In this document: one piece after another, positions 10,511 through 19,467 of the stretch
How the letters are laid out: each line of letters opens with the position of its first letter
Numbering within the stretch: position 1 is the stretch's first letter
Origin: an uncultured bacterium
GTDB lineage: Bacteria > Krumholzibacteriota > Krumholzibacteriia > Krumholzibacteriales > Krumholzibacteriaceae
Assembly (NCBI GenBank): GCA_965371515.1
Contig: CBDUYR010000026.1
Span: 1-35,858, forward strand
Direction of reading: 5' to 3'
DNA length: 35,858 nucleotides
Position numbers and translations under genes: made by a program
The notes under the pieces: model-generated
The model's input: the letters and a program-made list of their open reading frames with translations, nothing else
The model's database searches: none
What the model was told of the DNA's origin: nothing

Positions 10511-12592
10511 TTACTTCTCCTCTTCCTTATCCGTCTTTGCCTCGGCTATCAATCTCTGTACTATGTCGTGAGGTACGACCTCGTAGTGGGAGAACTCCCT
10601 CGTGTGCGCGGCCTTGCCCTGGGTCATCGACCGCAGCGAGGTGGCGTAGCGGTGCAGGTCGCCCAGCGGCACCTGGGCCTTGATCTTCTGCAGGCTTCCT
10701 TCCTGCTCGGTGCCCTGGATCTTGCCGCGACGTCCCGACAGGTCGCCCATGATGTCTCCCATGAATTCCTCGGGAACGAGCACTTCGACGTCATAGACCG
10801 GCTCGAGGATCACCGGCTTGGCGTTCTGCACCGCGGCCTTGAATCCCTTCGAACCGGCCATTTTGAAAGCGGCATCGGACGAATCGACTGTGTGGAAGGA
10901 GCCGTCGTATAGTGTGACCTTGACGTCCTGGAACTTGTATCCGGCCACGACGCCGTTTTCCATCGCGGTCCTGACGCCCTTCTCCACCGCCGGGATGAAC
11001 TTTCCTGGAATAACCCCGCCAACGATGGCGTTTACGAACTCGAATCCGCCGCCTCGCGGCAGGGGCTCGAGCCTCAACCAGACGTCGCCGTACTGCCCGC
11101 GGCCGCCGCTCTGCTTCTTGTGCTTGCCCTGGGCCTCTGCCATCGCCGCGATCGTCTCCCTGTAGGGGATCTTCGGGGCGATCATATCGACCTCTACACT
11201 GTACTTCCTCTTCAGGCGACCGAGGATCACGTCGAGATGAAGCTCGCCCTGGCCCGACAGGATCGTCTGTCTCAGCTCGGCGTTGTTTTCCACCGTGAAT
11301 GTGAGGTCCTCATCGGACAGCCTGGTCAGTCCTACACTGACCTTGTCCATCTCGCCCTTGGCCTTTGCCTCTATCGCCGTGTGTAGCGAGGGCTTCGGGA
11401 ATTCGATCGGGGCGATCACAATCTGCTTCGACTTGGGACAGAGCGTATTGCCCACCTTCGCCGATTTCAGTTTGACTGCAGCTCCGATGTCGCCGGCGGG
11501 AATCGAATCTGTGTCCACCCTATCCTTCCCCTGAACGAAATAGAGCTGGCCGATCCTTTCCGACGACTCGAGGGAGGAATTAAAGAGATCGTCTCCGACC
11601 TTCATGTCTCCCGAGTACGTCCTGATAAACGAAAGGTCCCCGAGATGCTTCTCGGAAAGCGCCTTGAACACGAAGGCGGCGGTGGGCTCGCCCGGTCCGA
11701 TCTTTGTCTTCCCGGTCTCTTCCGACCCGGAAACGGTATCAATCTCTGTCAGCCATTCGGGCGAGGGAAGCATCGATACGACGATATCCATGAGCTGGCG
11801 GACACCGATGTTCTTTGTCGCCGATACGGCAACGAGGGGAACGAACGTCCCCGCCAGGCAACCTGCGGACAGCCCCTGGGCGAGTTCCTGATCGTTCAGT
11901 TCACCGCTCTCGAAGAACTTTTCGAGAAGGGAATCGTCCGATTCAGCGGCGAAATCCATCAGCTTCTTCCGCCTCTCGTTGACATCATCCTCCATCTCCG
12001 CGGGAATATCCTCCTCGGCAAACTTGCCGCCGCCGGAGTAGACAAAAGCCTTGTTCTTCAGTATGTCGACTACGCCCTTGAACGAATCGCCCTGGCCGAT
12101 CGGAAGCGTCAGGGGCATGACCTTCGCACCGAGATAATTCTGCGCGTCCGAGAGACACTTGTCGAAATCGGCGTGCTCCTTGTCCATCTTGTTGACGCAT
12201 ACGATTCTCGGAAGCCCCCTCGCGTCGAGGTATTTCCACGTTTTCTCTGTGCCGAGCTCGACCCCCGATTCAGCGCTGATGACCACCACACCACCCTCAG
12301 TAACCGCCATCGAGGATATGACCTCGCCGACGAAATCCTCGTACCCCGGGGTATCGAAAACATTGATCTTGGTCTTGTTGTGCTCGAGACAGGCCAGTCC
12401 GGCGTTGATCGAGATCTGTCTTTCAATCTCGTCAGGGGCTGAGTCGAATACGGTGTTTCCGTCCTCGATCTTCCCGATCCTGTTCGTGACACCCGCGTCA
12501 AAGAGCATCGCCTCGCCGAGGATCGTCTTCCCCGACGACTGGTGCCCAACCAAGACTGTGTTCCTTATCATGTCGATCGGAAATTTCTTCAA
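10511..12592 (-). CDS. fusA: Elongation factor G paralogue (EF-G2 type)
   Basis: 693 aa with five-domain EF-G architecture (GQGELHL, HKKQSGGRGQYG, GSFHTVDSS, LRSMTQG). Divergent G motifs GHQSSGKT / ERQISI / DTPGYEDF / NKMD. Not in an rpsL-rpsG-tuf operon. Confidence 0.92.
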   Translation of the reverse strand: MKKFPIDMIRNTVLVGHQSSGKTILGEAMLFDAGVTNRIGKIEDGNTVFDSAPDEIERQISINAGLACLEHNKTKINVFDTPGYEDFVGEVISSMAVTEGGVVVISAESGVELGTEKTWKYLDARGLPRIVCVNKMDKEHADFDKCLSDAQNYLGAKVMPLTLPIGQGDSFKGVVDILKNKAFVYSGGGKFAEEDIPAEMEDDVNERRKKLMDFAAESDDSLLEKFFESGELNDQELAQGLSAGCLAGTFVPLVAVSATKNIGVRQLMDIVVSMLPSPEWLTEIDTVSGSEETGKTKIGPGEPTAAFVFKALSEKHLGDLSFIRTYSGDMKVGDDLFNSSLESSERIGQLYFVQGKDRVDTDSIPAGDIGAAVKLKSAKVGNTLCPKSKQIVIAPIEFPKPSLHTAIEAKAKGEMDKVSVGLTRLSDEDLTFTVENNAELRQTILSGQGELHLDVILGRLKRKYSVEVDMIAPKIPYRETIAAMAEAQGKHKKQSGGRGQYGDVWLRLEPLPRGGGFEFVNAIVGGVIPGKFIPAVEKGVRTAMENGVVAGYKFQDVKVTLYDGSFHTVDSSDAAFKMAGSKGFKAAVQNAKPVILEPVYDVEVLVPEEFMGDIMGDLSGRRGKIQGTEQEGSLQKIKAQVPLGDLHRYATSLRSMTQGKAAHTREFSHYEVVPHDIVQRLIAEAKTDKEEEK

Positions 12593-12654
12593 GACAACCT
12601 CCAGTTCTTTTTTTTGTCGTTAGTTTGATCCACCCGAGACGGGAAAACTCGAAA

Positions 12655-13395
12655 TCAAACTCCGCCGCCCAGACCCTGCAGCATGATCATAAGTACACCC
12701 AGGACCCACACGACGATCGTCGGGGCAAGTGCAGCCTTTCGGCTTATTTCATATGTGACCGAAACTCCGATAGTGAACAGTATCAGGAACCAGATCTGGA
12801 ACAGGCTGAAACTCTCCAGCACCGCACGGAGAAAACCATCAGATTCGACAAACCTGGTAAGCGAGAAAGAGACCGAATAGAGTTCGTCGCGCGAGGTGAT
12901 CTCCTCTATGCCTCTCTTGTGTATTATAAGCATGCGAAGCGCCTGCTCGATGATACCGACAAAAGCGGTGAAGTTGAGCAGGCAGAGCATCTTTTTGAAG
13001 TTCGACTTGCCGCTGACGAGGTTCACCGCGACGTTGCAGAGGGCGGCCAGGACCAGGTAGATGATCAGGACGGCTATCGGCGCCAATATCAGTCCCACGA
13101 AGCCGAATTTGTCCATCGCGTCACCCTGAGCCTGAAGCTGCTCCTCCGACATGCCTCCCTCGTTCAGCATGAAGAGCTGCTTGATGATCGGCTGCTGAAA
13201 ATGCGCGATCACCGAAGATGCTATCGCTATAACGATGAACGGTTGCCACCACGGGAGACCCGAACCTATTCTTTTGAAGACCTTGACCGGATCGATGAAT
13301 ATGTCGATCAGTGATGCCCAGAATCCGCCCTCTACCTCTCCGGATGGCGATATCTCTTCAATCCCCTCGGGAACGCTGCCCGGGTTCTCGTTCAT
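12655..13395 (-). CDS. Yip1-family integral membrane protein
   Basis: IFIDPVKVFKRI...WWQP N-terminal signature and about 5 TM segments. ATG 13395 has an AAGGAG SD. Confidence 0.8.
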   Translation of the reverse strand: MNENPGSVPEGIEEISPSGEVEGGFWASLIDIFIDPVKVFKRIGSGLPWWQPFIVIAIASSVIAHFQQPIIKQLFMLNEGGMSEEQLQAQGDAMDKFGFVGLILAPIAVLIIYLVLAALCNVAVNLVSGKSNFKKMLCLLNFTAFVGIIEQALRMLIIHKRGIEEITSRDELYSVSFSLTRFVESDGFLRAVLESFSLFQIWFLILFTIGVSVTYEISRKAALAPTIVVWVLGVLMIMLQGLGGGV

Positions 13396-13472
13396 CTCTG
13401 TACTCCTTTTACCCGTGAATAGACTTCGACGATCACCCATACGGGCGTCGCCCCAGGAAAGGAACATCAAAT

Positions 13473-13501
13473 AAAATAGACTACTTTGCCCCTCCTGTCA
13501 A
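13473..13501 (-). promoter_or_regulatory. Putative sigma70 promoter for the yip1-fusA2-yebC-ruv... string
   Basis: TTGACA (13496-13501)-17 bp-TATTTT (13473-13478). Confidence 0.75.
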
Positions 13502-13511
13502 CATCCCGCTT

Positions 13512-13551
13512 GAGAAAGAGAGGAGCCGGCCCCCCGAAGGCAGCCGGCTCC
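13512..13551 (-). terminator. Probable intrinsic terminator after the PDZ gene
   Basis: 9-bp stem GGAGCCGGC/GCCGGCTCC (13522-13530/13543-13551) capped by a CTTCGG loop and followed by a weak U tract (TCTCTTTCTC). Confidence 0.6.
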
Positions 13552-13577
13552 CCGATACGCTGGTATGCTGCTGGTTT

Positions 13578-14660
13578 TCAATCGGTTTTATCGATTTCCT
13601 CGAGCTTTTTCTCGAGCTTTTTCATCTCCTTCTCGAGAGCCTTCATCTTGGCCTCGAGTTTCTCCTGCTCAACCCCGTGAAGCCTGTACGCCTTGACCCG
13701 AGGCTCGTACATCATCTCTATACGCTTCATTTCATCGATGTGGGAACCTTTTATCATGATCTTCCTGTGCATGGAGAAGTCGTCCTCGAGCTCTACCTCG
13801 AAGACCTTCGTCTTGCCCATCCGGACAACGGTGACGGCTACATTCAGTTCAATGGTCACGTCAATCCTGGATTCTTCGCCATCCTCCTCGACCTCGACAT
13901 GAACATCGTTGAGCGCCTCGTAGATGTCTTCGATCTCCTCGATCTCCTCATCGTTGATCTTCACGATCACGTCGCCGGATTTCATCCCGGCTTCTTCGGC
14001 GGGAGAGTCCTCGAGGACCTTCACCACGAGAACCCCTTCGCCTTCCTTGACCTTGAAGTATGGCGCCAGATCGGCGTCGAGCTCGAGCAGTTGTATGCCC
14101 ATCCTGCCGCGGCCGCCGAATACGGAGACCCTGTCGCCGCCGGAATACATCCAGATGTTGGCTCCCTTGCCTAGAGTCCTTATACAGGCTTTCTGTGCAA
14201 TATCGCCGTAATCATCTATATCGATGGTGACGTAGGCGGTTTTCTTCTCGCCAAGGGCGAGATTGAACGTCTTCTTCCTGCCATCGCGGTAGGCTACGAC
14301 CTTGACCTTGTCCCCGGGCTCTTTCGAACCTATGAGTTTTCCGAGTCCCTTGGAATCCTTTACCTTGTCGCCCGCTATCGAATAGATAACATCATGTTTC
14401 TCGAGTCCCGCTTCTTCGGCTGGACTGTCGTCGATGATTCCGGTGATGAGGACCCCCGTCGATTTGGGATAATCGAGCTTCTTGATCATTACCTTGTCGA
14501 GATCTTCCATGTAGATACCAAGGAAGGCTCCCTTTTCCTCGATCTTCTTGACCTTCTTTTCTTCGACCACGATTGTCTTCTTCTCCGCGAACGCGAATGC
14601 GGTCATGGAGAGGAAGACGGCGACGAAAACGACCAGTGACAGTATTGCCAGTTTCCTCAT
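13578..14660 (-). CDS. Exported tandem-PDZ domain protein with C-terminal coiled coil and no protease domain
   Basis: Signal peptide MRKLAIL...AFA. Two PDZ domains (AFLGIY...DSPAEEAGLEKHDVI and RMGIQL...DSPAEEAGMKSGDVI) and a K/E-rich heptad tail. Alternative GTG start at 14693. Confidence 0.85.
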   Translation of the reverse strand: MRKLAILSLVVFVAVFLSMTAFAFAEKKTIVVEEKKVKKIEEKGAFLGIYMEDLDKVMIKKLDYPKSTGVLITGIIDDSPAEEAGLEKHDVIYSIAGDKVKDSKGLGKLIGSKEPGDKVKVVAYRDGRKKTFNLALGEKKTAYVTIDIDDYGDIAQKACIRTLGKGANIWMYSGGDRVSVFGGRGRMGIQLLELDADLAPYFKVKEGEGVLVVKVLEDSPAEEAGMKSGDVIVKINDEEIEEIEDIYEALNDVHVEVEEDGEESRIDVTIELNVAVTVVRMGKTKVFEVELEDDFSMHRKIMIKGSHIDEMKRIEMMYEPRVKAYRLHGVEQEKLEAKMKALEKEMKKLEKKLEEIDKTD

Positions 14661-14786
14661 CTCTTCCGGCCGCTTTTTCCAGCGGCCGTTCACCTCCTCA
14701 GGGGCATAGTGGAAAGGCCTGTGGCTCTCTTCTTCCTCATATATCCCGGAGCGGATAAAAAGTTTCAGTTTATTACGGGAAGTCTT

Positions 14787-15980
14787 TCAGGATGAACGAT
14801 GCCCGGCCAGATCGATCAAATCTTCGTAGACCTCGACGGTCCGGTTTCCCCAAATCTCCAGGTCGAAATACTCCATCGCCCTGATCCTGGCGCGTCTTCC
14901 CAGGTCGGAGCGCAGGGCAGAGTCGGCAGCAAGCCTTCCAAGTACTTCGATGAGGGCTTCGGTGTCGCCGGAATCGAATGTGATCCCGCAGTCTCCCAGC
15001 AGGTCCGGTATTCCGCCGACCCGGCTGGCCACGCAGGCAAGGCCGCATGACATCGCCTCGAGCAGGGCTATGGGAACGCCTTCCGACCGCGACGGAAGTA
15101 CGAAGGCATCGAACAGGGGAAGGTACTCCTCGGGTCTGTCGCTGTAACCCGGAAATGACACCTTCCTCTCCAGCCCGAGCCCTTCGACGAGTCTCTCGAG
15201 TTCTTCTCTCGATGGCCCTTCCCCGACTATGATCAGCCTCGCTCCTTCGTTCACGACAGCCGGAGATGATTCGAATGCGGCGAATGCCTCTATCAGCATG
15301 GATAGATTCTTGACCGGTTTGAGGCCACTCACAGATCCGATCAGGAAGCAGCCCGGATCGCAGTCGGCCGGGAACTGTTCCCTGATAAATTCCTCTCTCT
15401 CGCTCCCCCGCAAATCGGATTCGAGGGGCCTGAACCTCGACGTGTCGACGCCGTTCGGTATTGTAACTATCGAATCCCTGGCCGCCCCGATCTTTAACGC
15501 CTCCTTCGCAGCCTCTTCGCTGACGGTGATCACGCGTTTTGTCTTCCGGCCAGCGATCGCCGCGACTATCCTGCGCAGGCCGTTGAACTCGAGGCCCGAG
15601 CTGTGCCTCGTCACCACAAGCGGCACACCCGACATCGACGACGCCGCGGCGGCGACGATCTCGGCATGATACATATGAGCATGAAGGATATCCGGATCAG
15701 CGGCGGCGAGGATCTCCCGTATCCTCATCCTCACCGGCGGCTTCGCAAGATCGGCGAGCGACCCGATCGGAAGTTCATGGACCGGGATTCCGAGATTATC
15801 GAACCTCGCCTTGAGGGCCTCGTCACGCTTGAACGAGCAGACTGCCACATTCATCCCGCGACCGGCGAGATAGCCGCACAGATTGAGCACATGCAATTCC
15901 GCACCGCCGACTTCGAGCGATGAGACAAAGAAAAGGATATTGCGGGATATCATGCTGGAATCGTTACGTGATCCGTTCAT
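14787..15980 (-). CDS. Glycosyltransferase family 4 (GT-B)
   Basis: LEVGGAE, PNGVD, VKN, IVGEG and PSRSEGVPIALLEAMSCG (EX7E) motifs. Confidence 0.93.
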   Translation of the reverse strand: MNGSRNDSSMISRNILFFVSSLEVGGAELHVLNLCGYLAGRGMNVAVCSFKRDEALKARFDNLGIPVHELPIGSLADLAKPPVRMRIREILAAADPDILHAHMYHAEIVAAAASSMSGVPLVVTRHSSGLEFNGLRRIVAAIAGRKTKRVITVSEEAAKEALKIGAARDSIVTIPNGVDTSRFRPLESDLRGSEREEFIREQFPADCDPGCFLIGSVSGLKPVKNLSMLIEAFAAFESSPAVVNEGARLIIVGEGPSREELERLVEGLGLERKVSFPGYSDRPEEYLPLFDAFVLPSRSEGVPIALLEAMSCGLACVASRVGGIPDLLGDCGITFDSGDTEALIEVLGRLAADSALRSDLGRRARIRAMEYFDLEIWGNRTVEVYEDLIDLAGHRSS

Positions 15981-17205
15981 ACTTTTCGACCGGATCGGTA
16001 ATCTTCTTTCTTCCCTCTATGACCTTCAGAGCCGGCTCGACGAATAGATGTTCCTCCACATGCCTCGTCGTCTCCGCCTTCTCCCACGAGGAGAGCCTCC
16101 CGCCTGTCAGGTAGGTGAATATAGCCGTCATGGCCGCGGCGTTCACCATCACGAAGTAGAAAGGCACGAAGAAGATCCTGGTCCTGACCCTGCCCCGTCT
16201 CAGCAGGGCACCAATCGCGGCAAAGATGTAAAAGATGTTCTGGAGAACGAAGAAAACGGTGAAAAACGGTTCATCGAGCAGGAACATGCTGGCAACGTAG
16301 ACGATGGGGAGTACCATCCCCACGCCCCATCGCAGCAGTTTGCGCGAGACGAACTGGAACGACCTGAACGTTCCTCCGAAATCGTGCCGCAAGTGACTGT
16401 ACCCGGTCAGTCCCCTGACGACGATCCTCCTCTTGCGGCTGAATTCCTCCCTGAAGAAATATGTCGAACGCTCGAACGCGACCGCCTCAGGATCATAGAC
16501 CACCGCGTACCCCTGCGATGCGACCTCGGCGGTAAGCTGGAAATCGTTGGCCACATCCTTCATGACCGGTCTGAACAATTCCCTGCGGATCGCGAAGATA
16601 GTCCCGGTCGCTACCAGGACCGAGCCGAGCCTGCTCTCGAGCCCGTTGAGCAGCCCCTCGTAGCGCCAGTAGAGACTCTCACCCTTGCCGACATACGATT
16701 CGTTGTCGAGATATTCGAGTCTGCCAACGACGCATCCAGTCTCCTCGACATCGAAATTCCTGACGAGCTTGAGCAGAGCATCTTCCTTGTAGAACGCGTT
16801 TGCGTCGGAAAACACGAGTATCTGTTCTTCGATTCCCAGAACCGTCTTGTTCAGCGTCGCGCTCTTTCCCTCGCGGCGGTCGAAAGCCTTGAGAACGACA
16901 CCTCGGCCTTCGTATTCGCGAACGATGTCATTCGTCTCGTCCACAGACCCGTCGCTCGAAATCACGATCTTCAGCCTGTCACGGGGATAATCGAGCTTCA
17001 GGCAGTTTTCAATCTTTTCCCGGATTATCATTTCTTCGTTATGAGCGGAGACGATAAGCGTGATCGTCGGCAGCTGTTCCCCTCCATGTCCGCGACGTCG
17101 GCGCGCGAAGATGCCGAGGAAAGCCAGAATGAGGGGATATCCGGCGTAGATATAGGCAACGAGCCCTATGATAGACAATATGAGAATCTTGAGAACGATA
17201 TCCAT
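15964..17205 (-). CDS. Membrane glycosyltransferase family 2
   Basis: N-terminal TM (YIYAGYP), SAHNEE, LDYP, SDGSVD, GKSATLN, FSDAN and C-terminal TMs. Start at ATG 17205. Confidence 0.92.
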   Translation of the reverse strand: MDIVLKILILSIIGLVAYIYAGYPLILAFLGIFARRRRGHGGEQLPTITLIVSAHNEEMIIREKIENCLKLDYPRDRLKIVISSDGSVDETNDIVREYEGRGVVLKAFDRREGKSATLNKTVLGIEEQILVFSDANAFYKEDALLKLVRNFDVEETGCVVGRLEYLDNESYVGKGESLYWRYEGLLNGLESRLGSVLVATGTIFAIRRELFRPVMKDVANDFQLTAEVASQGYAVVYDPEAVAFERSTYFFREEFSRKRRIVVRGLTGYSHLRHDFGGTFRSFQFVSRKLLRWGVGMVLPIVYVASMFLLDEPFFTVFFVLQNIFYIFAAIGALLRRGRVRTRIFFVPFYFVMVNAAAMTAIFTYLTGGRLSSWEKAETTRHVEEHLFVEPALKVIEGRKKITDPVEKYERIT

Positions 17206-17414
17206 TTCCCCTATTCCCCCGTATAAGCGAAGCCATGTATTGATAACATATAAAGGGAAATCTTCAAATAAAAATCTCCCTGAAAAACAAAAACGCGTCA
17301 CCCGTTCTTCCGCATAGCCAGGCCGCGTTCATCATCACAGATACGGAAAAACAGTAACGCTAGTTCTATATGACTCCTTTTTCACTATCAATATACGATA
17401 TCCGGCCAACGCTG

Positions 17415-19430
17415 TCAATAACGACCGGCTCTGTATCTGGTGACGCCGCCGTATCTTGTTCCTATCCATACCGTACCGGAAGGGTCCTCCTCTATCGAAA
17501 GTACGTTATCATCCCCGAGACCGCTCGTGCTGTCGATATGAAGCCATTTGCCGCCGGTCAGCATGTACGCCCCGCCTCCTTCGGTCCCCAGCCATATGCT
17601 CCCATCTGCCGTTCCCTTCAGCGCGGTCGGCCGTGGGCCGGACCTGTGCAGTGGGGTTTCTATGAGCCTCCATCCAGCCTCCGACTGGAAGAATATTCCA
17701 TCCTCCGTGCAGAACATGCACCTTCCCGAGCCATCCAGCCCGATGACGGGAGCAAACGACTCGTCCAGGTCTCCCCAAGAAGAGGGGAGTATCCTGACGG
17801 CGGGATCACCGAGATAAAGCGAATCGGCCGGCATCCCTGTCGAACCGGACCCCGGAGAGGCTCCTGGAATATCGAACGTCTCCCACTCGTCGCCCGTGAA
17901 TCTTGCGATCATGCCGGAAAGCGTGGATACCCATGCCGTTCCAGATCTGTCGACCATCAGGGAAGAGACCTGCTCGTCCGGCAGACCGTGCCTGCGCGTG
18001 TAATGGACCCATCCTCCCGAGGTCAGCCGGAGCACCCCGCTGTCGAACGAGCCGAACCACAGTTCGCCGTCGCGCCCTGCCGCAGCGGCAGTGAAATGCT
18101 CGGTAGGCAGTCCCTGCCTGCGATCGAACACCTCCCATGAGCTTCCTGTCTGGTGCAGTATGCCGAACCTCGTCGAGAGCCACAGCCTGCCGCCCGGTTC
18201 CGGCACGATCCCGGTCACAGTCCCCTCGAACCATTTTCCGGGCAACACGATCGGCGTGAATCCACCGTCGAACCTGTACACGGCCTTTCTTCCCGCCAGA
18301 AGCAGCGTCCTGCCCGAGCTGACGATAGACCCGATCGTTACCTCGGGACCGTATCCGGGCAGCACTGTCTCGCGATAGAGATCCCGAGCTATCGAGACCA
18401 AGATCCCCCTGGAGGTGCCGAGGTAGGTGCTTCCCTCCAGATCGTGGCCGATCGAGAGAAAATCATGCGTGCCGAGCGAGACCCCTGGAAGCCTCAGCGG
18501 CGTCCAACCCGATCCATCCCAGGTGCTGACGCCGTATCGGCCGGCCGCCCAGACTGTCGCTTCGGCGTCGAGGCTGAACCGGTAGATGTCCCTGTCCGGA
18601 AGCCCCTGTCCCGGTCCATACCTTTTGATCCTGCCGAGACTGTACCTGGCCACACCCTGCCTGGCCACGGAAACGAAGAGATATCCTTCCTCGGCGAGGA
18701 TGATGTCGCGGACTCTGCCGATGGGGATCCGGCTTCCGTACCTCATCGAAGTCCAGCGGAAGCTGTCCGCCCTGCAGACACCGCTCTCAGTCCCGATCCA
18801 GATCGTATTGTCGTTCTGTTCGACGACGCACGTGACCCTGTCGTCGAGAAGAGAATCGGCCCTTGTCAGGATCGTCAACGTGTCTCCGCGAATGTGCCCG
18901 CAGCCCTGTCCCCAGGTGGATATCCACATCCTCCCCTCACCGTGCCTTATATCGGTTATGCGGGAGAAGAAAGGGTGCTCCCGAGCGTTATAGCGGTCCC
19001 AGCCCCAGTTGTACCTTATGCTCAGGCCGGCCTCTCCCCCTACCCAGATCTCCCCACCCTCGCCCACCGCGAGGCTCGTCACCGAAGCAAGACGGCAGCC
19101 CCTTTCAGCCAGTACGGTGTCGGCTCCGGGTACCCATATGAACAGGCCGCCCTCGGTGCCGACCCATACCGAATCGCCCGCGGCAAGGACCGCCCTTATG
19201 CCGCCGACCGGCTTGAGGATCTCGAAACTCCCCGCCGGCGATTCTTCCTGCCTGTGGGTCAGCCTTCCTATAGATACCTTTTTACCGGACTGGAGCCATC
19301 CCCTCGTCTCTTCGACATTCACCCTTCCCGCGGACCGTGCAGCGGAATAACCGGCAACGGCCGCAAGAACAAGAATCGTCAGGGCGGTTCCGGAAACCTT
19401 AGTCATGTGCCTTTCAATGCATGATTTCAT
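17415..19430 (-). CDS. Exported beta-propeller repeat protein (two-component regulator propeller-like), stand-alone
   Basis: Signal peptide and repeated GLP/GLxD..V..I..D..G.(I/V)W.GT..GG(V/L) blades. No TM or kinase output. Start may be 19406. Confidence 0.8.
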   Translation of the reverse strand: MKSCIERHMTKVSGTALTILVLAAVAGYSAARSAGRVNVEETRGWLQSGKKVSIGRLTHRQEESPAGSFEILKPVGGIRAVLAAGDSVWVGTEGGLFIWVPGADTVLAERGCRLASVTSLAVGEGGEIWVGGEAGLSIRYNWGWDRYNAREHPFFSRITDIRHGEGRMWISTWGQGCGHIRGDTLTILTRADSLLDDRVTCVVEQNDNTIWIGTESGVCRADSFRWTSMRYGSRIPIGRVRDIILAEEGYLFVSVARQGVARYSLGRIKRYGPGQGLPDRDIYRFSLDAEATVWAAGRYGVSTWDGSGWTPLRLPGVSLGTHDFLSIGHDLEGSTYLGTSRGILVSIARDLYRETVLPGYGPEVTIGSIVSSGRTLLLAGRKAVYRFDGGFTPIVLPGKWFEGTVTGIVPEPGGRLWLSTRFGILHQTGSSWEVFDRRQGLPTEHFTAAAAGRDGELWFGSFDSGVLRLTSGGWVHYTRRHGLPDEQVSSLMVDRSGTAWVSTLSGMIARFTGDEWETFDIPGASPGSGSTGMPADSLYLGDPAVRILPSSWGDLDESFAPVIGLDGSGRCMFCTEDGIFFQSEAGWRLIETPLHRSGPRPTALKGTADGSIWLGTEGGGAYMLTGGKWLHIDSTSGLGDDNVLSIEEDPSGTVWIGTRYGGVTRYRAGRY

Positions 19431-19438
19431 GGAAAGAG

Positions 19439-19467
19439 ACTTTATTACAGCAGGCTGTGTAAATCAA
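19439..19467 (-). promoter_or_regulatory. Possible sigma70 promoter for the propeller gene, overlapping the peptidase stop codon
   Basis: TTGATT-17 bp-TAAAGT, ending 8 nt before ATG 19430. Confidence 0.4.

Noticed and set aside
17206..17414. AT-rich 200-bp region upstream of the glycosyltransferases as an ncRNA or ops/JUMPstart element
   Set aside because: No GGCGGTAG ops motif or convincing structure was seen. It is probably just a promoter region whose boxes I could not fix.
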